The notes: generated by a model not told the origin, from the letters alone. Positions 35,885 through 45,661 are shown, counted from the first letter of the stretch. The stretch: 51,515 bases of DNA from a virus (IMGVR_UViG_3300023076_000001:1-51515); one strand, 5' to 3'. Made by a program: numbers and translations.

Positions 35885-36447
35885 AACGCGCTTATGTTTA
35901 CGTGATCAGCGCTGGTGAAATGCACCAGAAAATCGGCATCACAACCAACATCAACACCCGCGTCGCCACGCTTCAAACCGCGCACTATCATCAGCTCACG
36001 CTGCTGCATTTTGTTGAAAATGAGTGCGCTGCATGGATTGAGGCCAGATGCCATGAATTGTTGAAGCATCGGCGCTTGCGGGGAGAGTGGTTCTTTATGA
36101 CCCGCGAGGAAGCAGTTTCGGTTGTGCAGAAAGTGACACGACAAGCCGTTCCTGGTGTGAACGACCCCGGATATACCCCAAACCTTTTCCGTGAAGGCCA
36201 AAGGATCGTTTGCATCGCGGAGCATATCAATGCCGACGATGACGAGCCTGAGGTGACTATCGGAGAGGTTTATACCGTCTCGTTCGTTCATGAAAATTGG
36301 TACTTGAGCCTGGAGGAGCTTCCGACCGACGAGGTTTGTTTTTGCCCGTCACGGTTTCGGCCATTTAACGAAGACACAAGTGAAGATTTGATGAGGCTGC
36401 TTCAAGTTCCAGCTTTGGGCTCCAATAAGATTCCCGAGGCGATTTAG
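35881..36447 (+). CDS. GIY-YIG (T5orf172/MUG113-like) nuclease-domain protein
   Basis: YVYVI..KIGIT...RVATLQT..IE..CH..LRGEWF; extra C-terminal F..GQRIVC domain. Confidence 0.85.
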   Translation: MKRAYVYVISAGEMHQKIGITTNINTRVATLQTAHYHQLTLLHFVENECAAWIEARCHELLKHRRLRGEWFFMTREEAVSVVQKVTRQAVPGVNDPGYTPNLFREGQRIVCIAEHINADDDEPEVTIGEVYTVSFVHENWYLSLEELPTDEVCFCPSRFRPFNEDTSEDLMRLLQVPALGSNKIPEAI

Positions 36448-36538
36448 GTGGACGAGTTCGGAGACGCGCCGGCCAAGACGTGGCGCAAGATCGATCCGCC
36501 AGGTTCGCGGCTCAAGCAGCCTAAGAAGGGGAAGTGAC

Positions 36539-37303
36539 GTGCCCCTAATTTTCGATGTTCTTAGCGACACTCGCCCCCATAAGGGTGAAAGCCCTTTAAC
36601 CTCGCAGGTTCGGGATATTTGGCGCGAAAAGTCCTATTCGGAAAACCTCACTAATACCCCGAAGTACGTTTTCAATATGGATGTCATTGTCACGGCGGCC
36701 GAACTCGGCAGCTCTTGCCCTGACCCTGATATAGCTGCGTTCAGCCCCGCATGGGTCGAGTGGGACGCAGACAATGATTTGACGCTGGCCGTACTTCTAG
36801 GGGATCGCGGCGAGGCCGGATTGATGTTCCTCTATAACAAAAGGGAGGGCACGCTTTACGATTTCACGTTCACCACATACCGCGACCCGATGCTTAGGGT
36901 CCGCATCAAGAACCGAGAGGCCCATAAAGGTCGAACATCCATTGCTGAGCACGCTGCTGCGGCATGGGTGCGGGTAATCAAAGCCATCGCGCTTTTGCAA
37001 AGCCCTGGTCTTCTTGATGTCAGTGAGCGCCATGGCGCCGATGAGAAGTTGCAGAAGGCCCGCATCAAAGCCGGAAAGCGCCCCCTAGTCGATTTCCGCG
37101 AGGTCGTGATTCATATCAGCCGCCAGGAACGCGAAGCCCGCGAGCGTGCGGCCGACTATGAGAAGCGAACCGGCAAGCGACTGCACCGCGTACGGTCGTT
37201 TGTCCGCATGAGGCTCGGTAAGCTTGAAAGGGTTCGCGAGCACTGGCGGGGCGACGCTTCTAACGGAGCGGTCGGGGTCCGAAACTATCGCGTGAAGCTA
37301 TAG
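36539..37303 (+). CDS. Hypothetical protein with C-terminal H.VR.F.R...VREHWRG motif
   Basis: KLQKARIKAGKRPL and RLHRVRSFVR..VREHWRG basic motifs typical of a phage nucleic-acid-binding family. Confidence 0.7.
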   Translation: MPLIFDVLSDTRPHKGESPLTSQVRDIWREKSYSENLTNTPKYVFNMDVIVTAAELGSSCPDPDIAAFSPAWVEWDADNDLTLAVLLGDRGEAGLMFLYNKREGTLYDFTFTTYRDPMLRVRIKNREAHKGRTSIAEHAAAAWVRVIKAIALLQSPGLLDVSERHGADEKLQKARIKAGKRPLVDFREVVIHISRQEREARERAADYEKRTGKRLHRVRSFVRMRLGKLERVREHWRGDASNGAVGVRNYRVKL

Positions 37304-37379
37304 CCCTAGCGCCTAAGCCCTGTCGGTGGCATTTATGCCCGGGTATATCCAATCTGATAAACCGGTTCTGTAATTCGCC

Positions 37380-37793
37380 ATGACGTTAAAGCCGAAGAAA
37401 CCACCTGTAGCTAGAGGCCAGAATGGGGGCGTCCGAAAGGGCGCTGGCAGGCCTCGGGGCGCGGTCTCTCAAATCAAATTGGACCTGAAGCAAAAGGCCC
37501 AGCAATACGCCGACATCGCCCTGGCAACCCTGGCTGAGATCGCCAAGGACAAGAAGGCGCCGCAAGCCGCTCGCGTGTCGGCGTCAAACTCCCTTCTCGA
37601 CCGTGGATACGGAAAGGCGATCCAGTTCGTTGACGCCCATGTCGAGACGGTGGGCAATGTCGGCGTATATCGTGTTGACCGATCCAAGGCCGAGGAGCTG
37701 CAAACCGCAGAACTTGGGGCCACGTTCGCGGCGGCCGACTCCGATCCTGAAGACTATGACACGTCAGAGGACGAAATCGACGAGGCGGTCTGA
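37380..37793 (+). CDS. terS: Terminase small subunit
   Basis: GGVRKGAGRPRG, ARVSASNSLLDRGYGK; coupled to terL. Confidence 0.85.
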   Translation: MTLKPKKPPVARGQNGGVRKGAGRPRGAVSQIKLDLKQKAQQYADIALATLAEIAKDKKAPQAARVSASNSLLDRGYGKAIQFVDAHVETVGNVGVYRVDRSKAEELQTAELGATFAAADSDPEDYDTSEDEIDEAV

Positions 37794-39025
37794 TGATCGT
37801 TGATCCGGTCCCGGCTTACAGGTTCCTCACCGACAAGCCTCTAGGGTCATATCGGTATCGCGCGGCCTACGGCGGCCGTGGTGGGGCGAAGTCCTGGGAG
37901 TTCGTTGACGCCGTTCTCGTACATGCGCTTGAGAACCCTAAGCTCCGCGTCGCCTTTGTGCGCGAGATCCAGGCGACGCTAGAGGAGTCGTCTATTCAGC
38001 TCGTCCGGTCGCGGATCGAATATCACGGGCTCGCGGGCTACTTCCGAGAGGTGAAGAACACCTTCATTGGCCGCCATGGTCAGAAGATCATGTTCATCGG
38101 CTTGTGGAAGGGTAACAAGCCCAGCGGCATCAAGTCGCTTGAGGGCGTACACCTGACCATCGCGGAGGAAGCGCAGGAAATGCGCCAGGTCTCCCTGGAT
38201 GTTCTTTTCCCGACCGTGATGCGTACCGGCAAGTCCGAGATTTGGGCGCTGTGGAACCCGAACCTTGAAACCGACCCCGTGGACAAGTTCTTTCGGGGGC
38301 CGATCAAGCCCAAGGGCGCGATAGTTCGTCGCATCAATTGGGATAAGAACCCGCATTTCCCCGTTGCTCTTCGCGAGCAGATGGAGACAGACCGCGCGAA
38401 AGACCCCGAGCGCGCGGCCCACATCTGGGACGGCAAATATACGCCCGGCGTCCAGAACTCGATTTGGAGCCGCAAGACGATTGACGCGGCTTGGCGCAAA
38501 GGGCTGCTTTACCGCTCCGCGACATTCGAGCGCATCGTCATCGGCGTTGACCCGGCTGGCGGTGGCGATGACGTCGGTATCGTCGTGGTCGGGCAGATCG
38601 GGGACAGCGCCGTTGTTCTGGAAGATGGGACGATGCCATCCAAGGAGCCGTTGGCCTGGGCGACCAAGATCAACCAGCTTGCCGAGAAGTGGGACGCTGA
38701 CTGTGTCGTGGTCGAACGCAACTACGGCGGCGCCCTGGTCGAGGCCAACCTGAGAGCGGGTGGCGTTCAAGTCCGGGTGGTCGAAGGTAACGCCACGCGA
38801 GGTAAGCACGTCCGCGCCGAGCCCATCGCCTCGCTGTATGATCAGGGCCGAGTCGCCCACATCAAGCCGTTCCCCGAAATGGAGTCGGAAATGCTAATGA
38901 CGACACCGGCCGGATATGAGGGTACTTTCTCGCCCAACCGCATGGATGCGCTTGTGTGGGCCATCACTGAACTGAACCTTGCCGACAGTCCGCAAGCGTT
39001 CATGCTGCTTAAGAGGACGGGATGA
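37793..39025 (+). CDS. terL: Terminase large subunit (PBSX-like)
   Basis: Walker A YGGRGGAKS, Walker B IAEEA, nuclease IGVDPA and RMDALVW. Confidence 0.95.
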   Translation: MIVDPVPAYRFLTDKPLGSYRYRAAYGGRGGAKSWEFVDAVLVHALENPKLRVAFVREIQATLEESSIQLVRSRIEYHGLAGYFREVKNTFIGRHGQKIMFIGLWKGNKPSGIKSLEGVHLTIAEEAQEMRQVSLDVLFPTVMRTGKSEIWALWNPNLETDPVDKFFRGPIKPKGAIVRRINWDKNPHFPVALREQMETDRAKDPERAAHIWDGKYTPGVQNSIWSRKTIDAAWRKGLLYRSATFERIVIGVDPAGGGDDVGIVVVGQIGDSAVVLEDGTMPSKEPLAWATKINQLAEKWDADCVVVERNYGGALVEANLRAGGVQVRVVEGNATRGKHVRAEPIASLYDQGRVAHIKPFPEMESEMLMTTPAGYEGTFSPNRMDALVWAITELNLADSPQAFMLLKRTG

Positions 39026-40428
39026 ACGCTGCGACCGCCGCCCTAGAAACCATCGCCAACGCTCAAGTGACCGATGGCCCATGGAACAACCGCCAGGTTT
39101 CGGTTTTCCAACCGACTTGGGCCAAGCACGACCATTACAAGGACTTTGGGTGGCCGCTCCCGAACGCCCTCACGTTCAACGACACGTACACGATGTACTG
39201 CCGCAACGGGATCGGAACGGCGGTCGTTGACAAGACCGTGGCCAAGACCTGGGAGACACACCCGTTCCTGCTGCAAAAGCCGCGTGACGGGTCGGAAGGC
39301 TCCCAGATCAAGGAAACGTCCCAGGAAGCCGCGATCCGCACGCACCTGACCAACATTCGGGGCTGGCAATCGCTGATGGAGGCGGACGTTCGGGGCATGG
39401 TTGGCCGGTATGCGGGCGTCATCCTGCAATTGGCCGATGGCGGGGCCTGGGATCAGCCGGTTACGCGCGTCCCCGGTGGGATTAAGGGCCTCGTCAAACT
39501 CATCCCGGCTTGGGAAGGTCAGCTCGTTGTCTCGCAGTTCGAGACGGACGCGACGAAGCCCAACTACGGCCAGCCCGCTATGTTCCAGTTCAACGAGCAG
39601 GCGGTGGGCGAGGTCTACGCGGGCGCCGGTCGTTCCATGATGATCCACCCCGACCGCGTCGTGATCTGGTCGCGGGATGGCTCGGTCAACGATAAGAGCG
39701 CCTTGGAGTCGTGCTTCAACGCCCTGTTGACCACCGAGAAGGTCAGCGGAGCGGGTGGCGAGGGCTTCTACAAGAACGCCCGGTCAAACCCTGTCCTAGA
39801 GGCCAATGAGGGCGCAAAGCTCGATCAGATGGCCAAGGCCTACGGCATGACCATGGAGCAACTGCAAGAGGCGATGAGCGATCAGGTCGCCAGGCACAAC
39901 CGAGGCTTTGATATTGGCCTCTTCTTGCAGGGCATGACGGCCAAGACCCTGGCCATCACGCTTCCGAGCCCCGAGCACTTCTACAACATCGCCCTGCAAG
40001 AGGTGAGCGCGGCCCGGCGCATCCCGCTTAAAATCCTCGTCGGCTCTCAGTCTGGCGAACGCGCATCCACCGAGGACGCGAACGAGTGGGGCCAGACCTG
40101 CAACAGTCGCCGCGCAAACGAGACGATTCCTAACATCATGAGCGTGGTCGCCCGGTGGGTTAAGTTCGGCATGATCCCCGAAGGCGATTGGTCGGTGTTC
40201 TGGACCGATCTGACCGAAGCGAAAATGTCGGAGAAAATCGACCGCGTGACCAAGATGGCCGAGGCGAACGCCAAGCTCCAAGCCTCTGGGGAATACTACT
40301 TCACCCCGGAAGAGGTGCGGGCTGTAGTGGACCTAGAGCCTTTGACCGAGAACGAACGTAAGGTAGAAGCGATGGACGACACCGACGAGGCCGACGCCAC
40401 CGTTGGCGCTGGGGACCAAAGCCAATGA
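39022..40428 (+). CDS. Portal protein (DUF1073 family)
   Basis: After terL; P.WEGQL, IHPDRV, SGAGGEGFYKNA, IPLKILVGSQSGERASTED. Confidence 0.9.
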   Translation: MNAATAALETIANAQVTDGPWNNRQVSVFQPTWAKHDHYKDFGWPLPNALTFNDTYTMYCRNGIGTAVVDKTVAKTWETHPFLLQKPRDGSEGSQIKETSQEAAIRTHLTNIRGWQSLMEADVRGMVGRYAGVILQLADGGAWDQPVTRVPGGIKGLVKLIPAWEGQLVVSQFETDATKPNYGQPAMFQFNEQAVGEVYAGAGRSMMIHPDRVVIWSRDGSVNDKSALESCFNALLTTEKVSGAGGEGFYKNARSNPVLEANEGAKLDQMAKAYGMTMEQLQEAMSDQVARHNRGFDIGLFLQGMTAKTLAITLPSPEHFYNIALQEVSAARRIPLKILVGSQSGERASTEDANEWGQTCNSRRANETIPNIMSVVARWVKFGMIPEGDWSVFWTDLTEAKMSEKIDRVTKMAEANAKLQASGEYYFTPEEVRAVVDLEPLTENERKVEAMDDTDEADATVGAGDQSQ

Positions 40429-41561
40429 CCATCCGCACCCGCGTAAACGTCACTACTCGCGTGAATACGAAGGCCATTCGCGACGAGATGGTGGACGGTG
40501 AGGCGTACAAGGTCATTCCCTGCGCGACCATGCCGGATGATGTCGTGATGAACGGCGTACTCTATCCCGCCGACGAAATCGCCAAGTCCTACGCCACCCT
40601 CGAAAACACGTTCGCCCCCCTCGGGCACCCCGACCGTGACGGCTCGTTCCTGAATGCCAGCGATCCCGTCGCAATCGACCGCTTCGGCGTAGGAGCCCAC
40701 AACCGCAACGTACGCCGCGAGAACGGCCGGGTTTTCATGGAGAAGTACCTCCATGTGGCAACAGCGCAGAGCAGCGAGCGCGGTAAGCGTGTTCTGGATG
40801 CCATCGCTAAGGGCGGCCCCATCCACACCTCTACGGGGCTTTACGCGATCATGGAGGCCGCTAACGGCGAGGTTCCATACTCCAGAATCGCGCGTGATAT
40901 TGTTTTCGACCACGACGCCATTCTGCTGGACGAGGAGGGCGCCGCCACTCCCGAGCAGGGCGTTGGAATGCTGGTGAACAGCAAGGGCGAGAAGGAACAA
41001 ATCCCGGTCATCAACTCGACGTTCAGCGAGGACGCCGACCGGGAACTAGATTGGGCTATCACTTCGGTAGCTCAAGCTCTCCAGCGAAAGGACCAAGTCT
41101 CGATGCTGGAGAAATGGAAGGCCGCTATCCTGGGTCTGATCACAGGCGCCGAGCGGGAAACCCCCACCAACAGCAAGGAAGCTGATATGTCCGAGGTCAA
41201 GAAAGAAGACTTCGACAAGCTTTCCGGCGAGGTCAAGACCCTCTCGGACAGCCTGGCGAAGATCGGTGACACCGTTACCGCTGCGGTCAACGGCGCACTG
41301 AAGCCGCTGCAAGATCAACTCGACGCCGCCACCAACGCCCAAAAGGCCAAGGATGAGGCCGAGTTGACCACGCTGCGCAAGGCCATCGTCGAGGGCAACC
41401 TGATGGACGAGGCCACGGCTGGCGAACTCACCCTGAACGCCGCCCGCAAGCTCGCCCCCATGGCCAAGCCCGGCCACTCGTTCGCCCTGAATGGCGCCTT
41501 TAGCGGCGGCAAGAAGGACGACGGCGGTGGCGCCTATCAACTGCCGGCCGACGAGGAGTAA
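40425..41561 (+). CDS. Prohead protease/scaffold (DUF2213-like)
   Basis: PLGHP, HTSTGL, FDHDAILLDEEGAATP; coiled-coil C-terminus. Confidence 0.85.
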   Translation: MTIRTRVNVTTRVNTKAIRDEMVDGEAYKVIPCATMPDDVVMNGVLYPADEIAKSYATLENTFAPLGHPDRDGSFLNASDPVAIDRFGVGAHNRNVRRENGRVFMEKYLHVATAQSSERGKRVLDAIAKGGPIHTSTGLYAIMEAANGEVPYSRIARDIVFDHDAILLDEEGAATPEQGVGMLVNSKGEKEQIPVINSTFSEDADRELDWAITSVAQALQRKDQVSMLEKWKAAILGLITGAERETPTNSKEADMSEVKKEDFDKLSGEVKTLSDSLAKIGDTVTAAVNGALKPLQDQLDAATNAQKAKDEAELTTLRKAIVEGNLMDEATAGELTLNAARKLAPMAKPGHSFALNGAFSGGKKDDGGGAYQLPADEE

Positions 41562-41567
41562 CCGCCG

Positions 41568-42017
41568 ATGGCTCGCTATAACAAAATCATCGCGGGGCCG
41601 ACCTCCGAGAACACCCCGCAAATCCATGAGGCCATTTCGGCCGCTGCGATTCTGCCGGGTCGTCTTGTGACCACGTCGGCAGGCGCGTTCGCCCTGGCTG
41701 GCGCGACCACCAAGACCCCGGTTCATGTCGCCGTCGAGAATTGGGTGGCCCTGAAGGATGTCGATACCGCATACGGCATCGGCGAAACCGTCATGGCCGC
41801 CGAGATGCTCGACGAGTGCGTCTACCGGCTCCGACTGCCCACGGGCGTCAACGTCGTTGGCGGCGTCACCTATCTTTCCCCCGCCGCAAACGGCGAGGTG
41901 AAGATCGCGGCGACGGGTGAATACGTCATCGCCCGCGCCGCCGAGACGTACAACAACGCCTCGGGGGCCTCGCAGCTCATCAACGTTCGCCCCGTCAAGG
42001 GCTTCATTTCCCCGTAA
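41568..42017 (+). CDS. Capsid decoration/cement protein
   Basis: Lies between the protease and the MCP; AILPG.LV motif. Confidence 0.7.
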   Translation: MARYNKIIAGPTSENTPQIHEAISAAAILPGRLVTTSAGAFALAGATTKTPVHVAVENWVALKDVDTAYGIGETVMAAEMLDECVYRLRLPTGVNVVGGVTYLSPAANGEVKIAATGEYVIARAAETYNNASGASQLINVRPVKGFISP

Positions 42018-42029
42018 GGAGGGTTCGCC

Positions 42030-43124
42030 TTGTACAAGCCGTATCTCGATCTGCGGACCTTCACGGCCAACTCGGTCACGGGTCCGAAGAAGAACAAAGA
42101 CCACGCCCTGTGGTGGAACGAGCAAAACGCCGCTCGCGAGTGGTTCCGCCACGAAGAGGTTCGCTTCGCCGACTTCATGGCGAACGCGACCGGCGCCCGC
42201 AACGCCTCCGGTATCCTGCCGCGCGATGCATGGCTCGAAATGGACGGCATCACTCGCCGCGTCATGCGGTCGGATGAAGGTCAAGCCTACATGGCCGACC
42301 TGATGCCGCTGGCCAAGACCGTCAACATCGGCAAAATCGTTCAACTGAACCGCGTCTCATCGGACGCTGGCGCGGTTGTCCGGTCGATCTCGGGTCAACG
42401 CCCGACGCTGATGGATAAGGTCGTCTATGACTATCGCGGGACGCCCGTTCCGATCTTCTCCACCGGCTACGGCCGGGCCTGGCGGGAATGGAACGCCTTC
42501 CAGAGCGAGAACTTCGACGCCCTGTCGGACGACCAAGAGGCCCACGTCGCGAAGATCCGCCGCGACCAAGCCCTCTACGCCCTGAACGGTGACACCACCA
42601 TCAACGTCCAAGGCTATACCGGCTACGGCATCAAGACCTCGCCGTACTCCAAGAACATCAACGTGGGTCCGGCCGGTTACAACATCGACCTGACGTCGAA
42701 CGCCACCACGGCGACCGCTATCCTGAACTTCTTCACTCAGGGCCTCGGTACGACGTTCTTGGACGCCAACTTCCTGGTCGGCGGCTACATCCTGTACGTC
42801 TCCCCGCAAATCTGGCGCAACCTGATGCGTCCGATCAGCGACGGCGCCGGCCTGGTCCTGGGCACGATCTACGACCAACTGCTGAAGTCGGGCGAAATCG
42901 CCGCGATCAAGCGGACCTTCGAACTGACCGGCAACCAGTTCTTCGGCTTTGTGCCCAAGGCTGAGTACATCCGGCCTCTGATCGGCATGGCGGTTAACAC
43001 CGTCGCCATCGCCCGTCAGAACCCGTTCGACGATTATTCCTTCCATATCTGGGGGGCCATGGGTCTCGAAATTCGGGCGGATATCAACGGCAGGAGCGGA
43101 GTGTTCTTCTCCAGTTCGTCGTAA
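42030..43124 (+). CDS. Major capsid protein
   Basis: AAGGAGG RBS, TTG start, strong codon bias; DLMPLAKTVNIGK, PVPIFSTGYGR.WRE, WGAMGLEI. Confidence 0.92.
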   Translation: MYKPYLDLRTFTANSVTGPKKNKDHALWWNEQNAAREWFRHEEVRFADFMANATGARNASGILPRDAWLEMDGITRRVMRSDEGQAYMADLMPLAKTVNIGKIVQLNRVSSDAGAVVRSISGQRPTLMDKVVYDYRGTPVPIFSTGYGRAWREWNAFQSENFDALSDDQEAHVAKIRRDQALYALNGDTTINVQGYTGYGIKTSPYSKNINVGPAGYNIDLTSNATTATAILNFFTQGLGTTFLDANFLVGGYILYVSPQIWRNLMRPISDGAGLVLGTIYDQLLKSGEIAAIKRTFELTGNQFFGFVPKAEYIRPLIGMAVNTVAIARQNPFDDYSFHIWGAMGLEIRADINGRSGVFFSSSS

Positions 43125-43152
43125 CTCGGCTTAAAGCATCAGTGGCGTATCG

Positions 43153-43180
43153 CGGGGAGAGTTTCGGCTCTCCCCGTTTT
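43153..43180 (+). terminator. Intrinsic terminator after the MCP
   Basis: CGGGGAGAG-TTTCGG-CTCTCCCCG-TTTT. Confidence 0.88.
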
Positions 43181-43689
43181 CATTTGAGCCAAGCCCATGC
43201 CTGCCGCTTGCGAATTACAGTGATGTGGTCGGGCTCTACGCCATAGCGCTTCGCGAGAACACCGGGTCTGTCGAGTGATGCTCGAATGTCCAAAACGTCC
43301 TGCACCGTGAGTTTGGACGCGGGGCGATCCTCTCCCCGAGAAATCGTGCCTTCTGCGCAGGCGTCGGAGATGTTCTCGGCTTGTGTCCCCCATCGGACAT
43401 GTCGCGGATGAACGCAACCGACCTTGCCATTTCCGCAGGAGTGGAGCGCGAATGGTGCGTCTTGAGGCGGATCGCCGTTCACCAAGATACACATGACTCG
43501 GGAAGCGTTTCGGTTCACCCCTTCATAGACAACCGCGCCGTAACCGTTCTTGAAGGTGGCAAAAGGCCAGATCAGGCAGGGTCCATCGGTCAAGCCCGTC
43601 CTGTCTCGGAGCCAAGCCATCGGAACCCCGTTGGAGGCTCGCTTCCTCTTGATGGGCGCGGCGTTCGGCAATACAGCTTTGCCAGCCAT
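43180..43689 (-). CDS. HNH homing endonuclease 1
   Basis: CLIWPF, NGYG, HSCGNG..CVHPRHVRWGTQAEN; C-terminal KLT..DV..IR HTH. Confidence 0.9.
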   Translation of the reverse strand: MAGKAVLPNAAPIKRKRASNGVPMAWLRDRTGLTDGPCLIWPFATFKNGYGAVVYEGVNRNASRVMCILVNGDPPQDAPFALHSCGNGKVGCVHPRHVRWGTQAENISDACAEGTISRGEDRPASKLTVQDVLDIRASLDRPGVLAKRYGVEPDHITVIRKRQAWAWLK

Positions 43690-43758
43690 CTTCGATCCTT
43701 CCGAGATCGTTCGTGGTTAGGGCCGGGTTGAGCACTTCCGATGCTCCCCGGCCCGCCC
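43687..43758 (-). promoter_or_regulatory. Hairpin-TAACC-RBS hairpin leader (copy 1)
   Basis: GGGCCGGG..CCCGGCCC-TAACC-ACG-AACGATC..AGGATCGAAG-ATGGCT. Confidence 0.65.
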
Positions 43759-43784
43759 ATTATGGCTGTATGGTGGTTATCCGC

Positions 43785-44543
43785 CTAGCCCTTCTCGACT
43801 TCAGCCAGAACGGCGTCAGCAATGCGCGCCAAGTAGACGTCATGGTCAGCGCAACGCTCGACGCTTTCGGCCGCGTGAATGACCCTTGTTCGCAGGGTCT
43901 TGGGCTTGGGGGTGGGGATGACATTGATGATCTCACTCGGGCCGATGTAGCGGAGAGCATCAGGGCGTTCAGGCCTACCAAGACAGGCGACCTCGCCATC
44001 TTGGTCTAGGCCCGCGCTGTGAACCTTCAGCCGAACCGTGACCTCATCCCCCGCCTTGATCGTGGAGAAGTCGAACTCAGCGGCGGGGATTTCGGTGGGC
44101 CGGGTGTCAGGCTCGCCCAGGATGGTGAAAAACTTCCCGAACGGTTTGGGCTCGATCACGATGGATGGGTTGGCCTCGCCGAGTTTTGGGGCCGCAAGGT
44201 CCGCCGCCGCGATCTCCTCGGGGGTGGCGAGGCGGGCGCAGTCCTGAGCTATGAACACGCCCTGGATGACCAGATAATACGGCGCTGTAGCCGGCTGACA
44301 AATTTGGTCGATCTTATAGGCCGCCGCTGGGGGCATTCGTCGCGTGATTCCTTCGCCGTCCAAGACGACCCAATCCCCCACCATAAATTCCCCTGCCTTG
44401 GCGTAGAGTTCGAAGCTCGCGGCGAGGCACGCAAAACCGTCATCGGTTTTGATAGTGGTGCCATTCGCGTTTGTGTCGGTAACTGTCCGAATTGTTCCCG
44501 TGTCACGGTCTCTTAGGCGATCACCGATTTCGAACTTGGTCAT
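43785..44543 (-). CDS. Protein with three F/I..GD.V SH3/KOW-like modules
   Basis: GGAGA RBS; FEIGDRL, FMVGDWV, IKAGDEV. Confidence 0.7.
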   Translation of the reverse strand: MTKFEIGDRLRDRDTGTIRTVTDTNANGTTIKTDDGFACLAASFELYAKAGEFMVGDWVVLDGEGITRRMPPAAAYKIDQICQPATAPYYLVIQGVFIAQDCARLATPEEIAAADLAAPKLGEANPSIVIEPKPFGKFFTILGEPDTRPTEIPAAEFDFSTIKAGDEVTVRLKVHSAGLDQDGEVACLGRPERPDALRYIGPSEIINVIPTPKPKTLRTRVIHAAESVERCADHDVYLARIADAVLAEVEKG

Positions 44544-44791
44544 GATGGTTCTCCGGTTGGTGGGGCGAGAATGACGGGGCTGTTGAAGTTGAGCGGTAGC
44601 GCCCGAGCCAGGATGAATTTCGCCTCGCGATGCATCCAGTTGTTGATGGGCGCCTGACGCGTGAAGACGGCGTAATAGCCCGCCGCGCGCCCTCCCGTGA
44701 TCTTGACGGCGAGGTTGTCGCGCCAAGCCTTCCACAGGGCCAAGTCCTGGGGGCTATAGCGGTCAACGGTGACGGCTGTGGTCGTGGACAT
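44540..44791 (-). CDS. Hypothetical protein
   Basis: First gene of the leftward island; ATGA coupling. Confidence 0.6.
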   Translation of the reverse strand: MSTTTAVTVDRYSPQDLALWKAWRDNLAVKITGGRAAGYYAVFTRQAPINNWMHREAKFILARALPLNFNSPVILAPPTGEPS

Positions 44792-44831
44792 GGGGCGTCT
44801 CTTGGTTGGCTGGCGGCGGCGACCGCGTTAG

Positions 44832-44865
44832 CGAGACTGTAGCGACGTGAGGGCCGATCTGCAAC
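44832..44865 (-). promoter_or_regulatory. Leftward promoter of the island in the late region
   Basis: Minus strand TTGCAG..GCTACAGT; CGAGACTGTAG is identical to the copy at 19449. Confidence 0.5.
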
Positions 44866-44951
44866 CCGCTTGTTTGTCGTTGTGCTGCGTTTAGGTATTG
44901 TCCCCCGGTAAGCGGCCCTTCGCCGCGTCACCGCTACAAGGAATTTCACCA

Positions 44952-45392
44952 ATGCCCGGTATCAAGATCAAACTGCGCGCCATTTCCGACAGCATCCAAT
45001 CGACCGGCGTTTACGGCAAGGATGGCGAGTATCCGGTCGGCCATGCCCTGACCCTGCCCGAGGGCGTTCCGCTGATCGGCAGCGGCTATGAGCGCCATGA
45101 AGTCATCAGCAAGGGCACGACCGCCGCCCATGAGACCGCGACCGGCGCCACCAGCGGCACGGATGACGTTTCGGGAACCGCCAAGGATGCGGGCCAGGTC
45201 CAAGACGCCGATCTGACCGCGACCACCGGCTATACCGTCGCCGAGTCCGAGTCGGCCGGCTGGTGGGTCATCACCGACAAGGACGGTGCCCAGGTCGGCC
45301 CGAAGCTGCGGAAGGCCGATGCTGATGCGTTCTCGGCCCTGAAGCCCGACGAGCAAGACGAGTACGCCGCCCAACACGTCGAAGCGGTCTAG
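44952..45392 (+). CDS. Hypothetical head-associated protein
   Basis: AAGGA RBS; high-expression codon bias; resumes the late operon. Confidence 0.65.
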   Translation: MPGIKIKLRAISDSIQSTGVYGKDGEYPVGHALTLPEGVPLIGSGYERHEVISKGTTAAHETATGATSGTDDVSGTAKDAGQVQDADLTATTGYTVAESESAGWWVITDKDGAQVGPKLRKADADAFSALKPDEQDEYAAQHVEAV

Positions 45393-45395
45393 GTC

Positions 45396-45653
45396 ATGGC
45401 CTTCCCTTACCTCATCGACGCGGTTGGCGGGGCGCAGAAGTACGCCCGCGCCGCCACTGTCGGGCCGAGCGGAAGTGATGCTATCATCGTCTCGGGTGTC
45501 ACCACGGCCGGGACGGTGGTTATCACGCTAAAGGGCGGGGGAACGGTCACTTGGGCGGTTGCGTTGGGGTCAACGATCCTGCCCTTTGACGCGATCGCCG
45601 CAGCCCTCGGGACGGCGGTTGGAGGGACCTTTCAGGCCGCGTATCTCACCTAG
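45396..45653 (+). CDS. Head spike base protein (RcGTA Rcc01079-like)
   Basis: AGTVVITLKGGGTVTW.V..G.TILP pattern; 85 aa. Confidence 0.5.
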   Translation: MAFPYLIDAVGGAQKYARAATVGPSGSDAIIVSGVTTAGTVVITLKGGGTVTWAVALGSTILPFDAIAAALGTAVGGTFQAAYLT

Positions 45654-45661
45654 GCCGGAAC

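Noticed and set aside
39022-40428. Anti-CBASS Acb1 annotation often attached to DUF1073 proteins
   Set aside because: Size, position after terL and motifs identify a portal; no 2H phosphodiesterase domain is evident
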